Of a stretch of 64,000 nt of DNA, positions 63,370-64,000 are shown piece after piece. The stretch covers positions 902 through 64,901 of the forward strand of contig JAJFUM010000373.1 in assembly GCA_021372415.1 (NCBI GenBank), read 5' to 3'. The notes beneath the pieces were generated by a model. The model ran no database searches. It saw nothing but the letters and a program-made list of their open reading frames with translations, and was not told the origin of the DNA. The DNA is from Deltaproteobacteria bacterium. Lineage in GTDB: Bacteria; Desulfobacterota; Syntrophia; Syntrophales; UBA5619. How positions within the stretch are numbered: position 1 is the first letter of the stretch; every line of letters starts with the position of its first letter. The position numbers were made by a program, and so were the translations under genes.

Positions 63370-64000
63370 ATGAATGATACCAGAAGTCCAAATTTATCAC
63401 TCATGTTGATCGTAAACTTCTTGTTTCTGGCCTTTGCCTATGCGGGCCTTTCCACCTGGAGCGTAGCAATTCCAAACCTCCAGAAGACTTTCAACCTTTC
63501 CGCAACGATGATCCAGTTGGGTGGCTCGATGCTGATGCTCGGTTACGGCGTCGGCAGTCTCGTCGAATCGATTATCTCGGCCAAGATCGGCCTCAAGAAG
63601 ACCGGGCTTTTGGCCGCCTTGATGCTTCTCGTGCCGCAGTTTCTCATCCCTTACATCCCCTCCTACGGTCTGATCTTGTTTCTTCGCTTCATCCAGGGAT
63701 GGGGAATCGTCTGGTTCATCACAGTGGCCATGGTCACCGGTTGGTTTCCGGTTGAAACCCGCGGTATCGCCTCCGGCGTGGTGGGCGGTAGTATCCCGTT
63801 CGGTGTCGGCATGGGCGGAATCATAGCCGGCTGGCTGATCGCCCAGGTCGGCAGCTGGCAGACGAGCTTCATGTACTTCGGCGCGATCGTCATCGTGATC
63901 GTGGCCATCTGGCTGGCCGTGGTCAAGGACCCCCCCAAACCTGCGGAGGGGTCTGCAGCGAAGACAAAATCCACGGTTAGCCCATACAGCTATGCGGCTG
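63370..64000 (+). CDS. MFS transporter (5' part only, runs off the window)
   Basis: AGGAGG RBS, ATG 63370, open to the end of the window. Consecutive TM helices. This ORF is not in the supplied track because it has no stop codon. Confidence 0.75.
   Translation, partial: MNDTRSPNLSLMLIVNFLFLAFAYAGLSTWSVAIPNLQKTFNLSATMIQLGGSMLMLGYGVGSLVESIISAKIGLKKTGLLAALMLLVPQFLIPYIPSYGLILFLRFIQGWGIVWFITVAMVTGWFPVETRGIASGVVGGSIPFGVGMGGIIAGWLIAQVGSWQTSFMYFGAIVIVIVAIWLAVVKDPPKPAEGSAAKTKSTVSPYSYAA

Overview
High-GC bacterial chromosomal segment. Lines I hand-counted were about 58-65% GC. Gene content suggests an anaerobic Desulfobacterota or deltaproteobacterium-like organism (inference): a 2-hydroxyacyl-CoA dehydratase with its activator, multihaem cytochromes, hemerythrin, and several sigma54-type promoters. 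I can support about 52 protein-coding genes. I found no rRNA, tRNA or CRISPR array.

Gene order:
- dehydratase subunit and archerase
- AbrB-like membrane protein, SagB-type nitroreductase, lipoprotein hydrolase, MCP, RecD2 helicase, small ACT-like protein
- 4xPAS hybrid histidine kinase, two tandem paralogous GGDEF cyclases
- Sfp-type PPTase, TrpF-like protein, PNPOx-like protein
- Fe(III)-type ABC transporter
- exported hypothetical, homocysteine-methyltransferase/MTHFR fusion, DeoC, BT1-like transporter
- two small orphan proteins, MFS, MBL hydrolase, HIT protein, Ig-like membrane protein
- redox module (FrdX-like 4Fe-4S protein, Crp/Fnr, cupin-ABM, hemerythrin)
- a low-GC two-gene island (methyltransferase, polysaccharide deacetylase), Cfa
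- an acyl-CoA cluster (ADP-forming synthetase, AMP-forming ligase, ACAD, TetR, APH-like kinase, SDR)
- DUF374 acyltransferase, biotin-less carboxyltransferase, PHP, EndoIII-like and DegQ genes, HMGL-family synthase
- IS5-like transposase remnant
- a cytochrome and flavoprotein island
- a 1.4-kb repeat-rich non-coding stretch, formamidase and a partial MFS gene

Most interesting candidates:
1. A 15-haem cytochrome c / dihaem cytochrome b fusion, divergent from a split flavocytochrome whose flavoprotein lacks the fumarate-reductase catalytic residues.
2. A split ACAD10/11- or lva-like kinase plus ACAD cluster.
3. The repeat-rich non-coding region at 60.9-62.3 kb.

All family calls come from motif and pattern recognition by eye. 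No database search was run.
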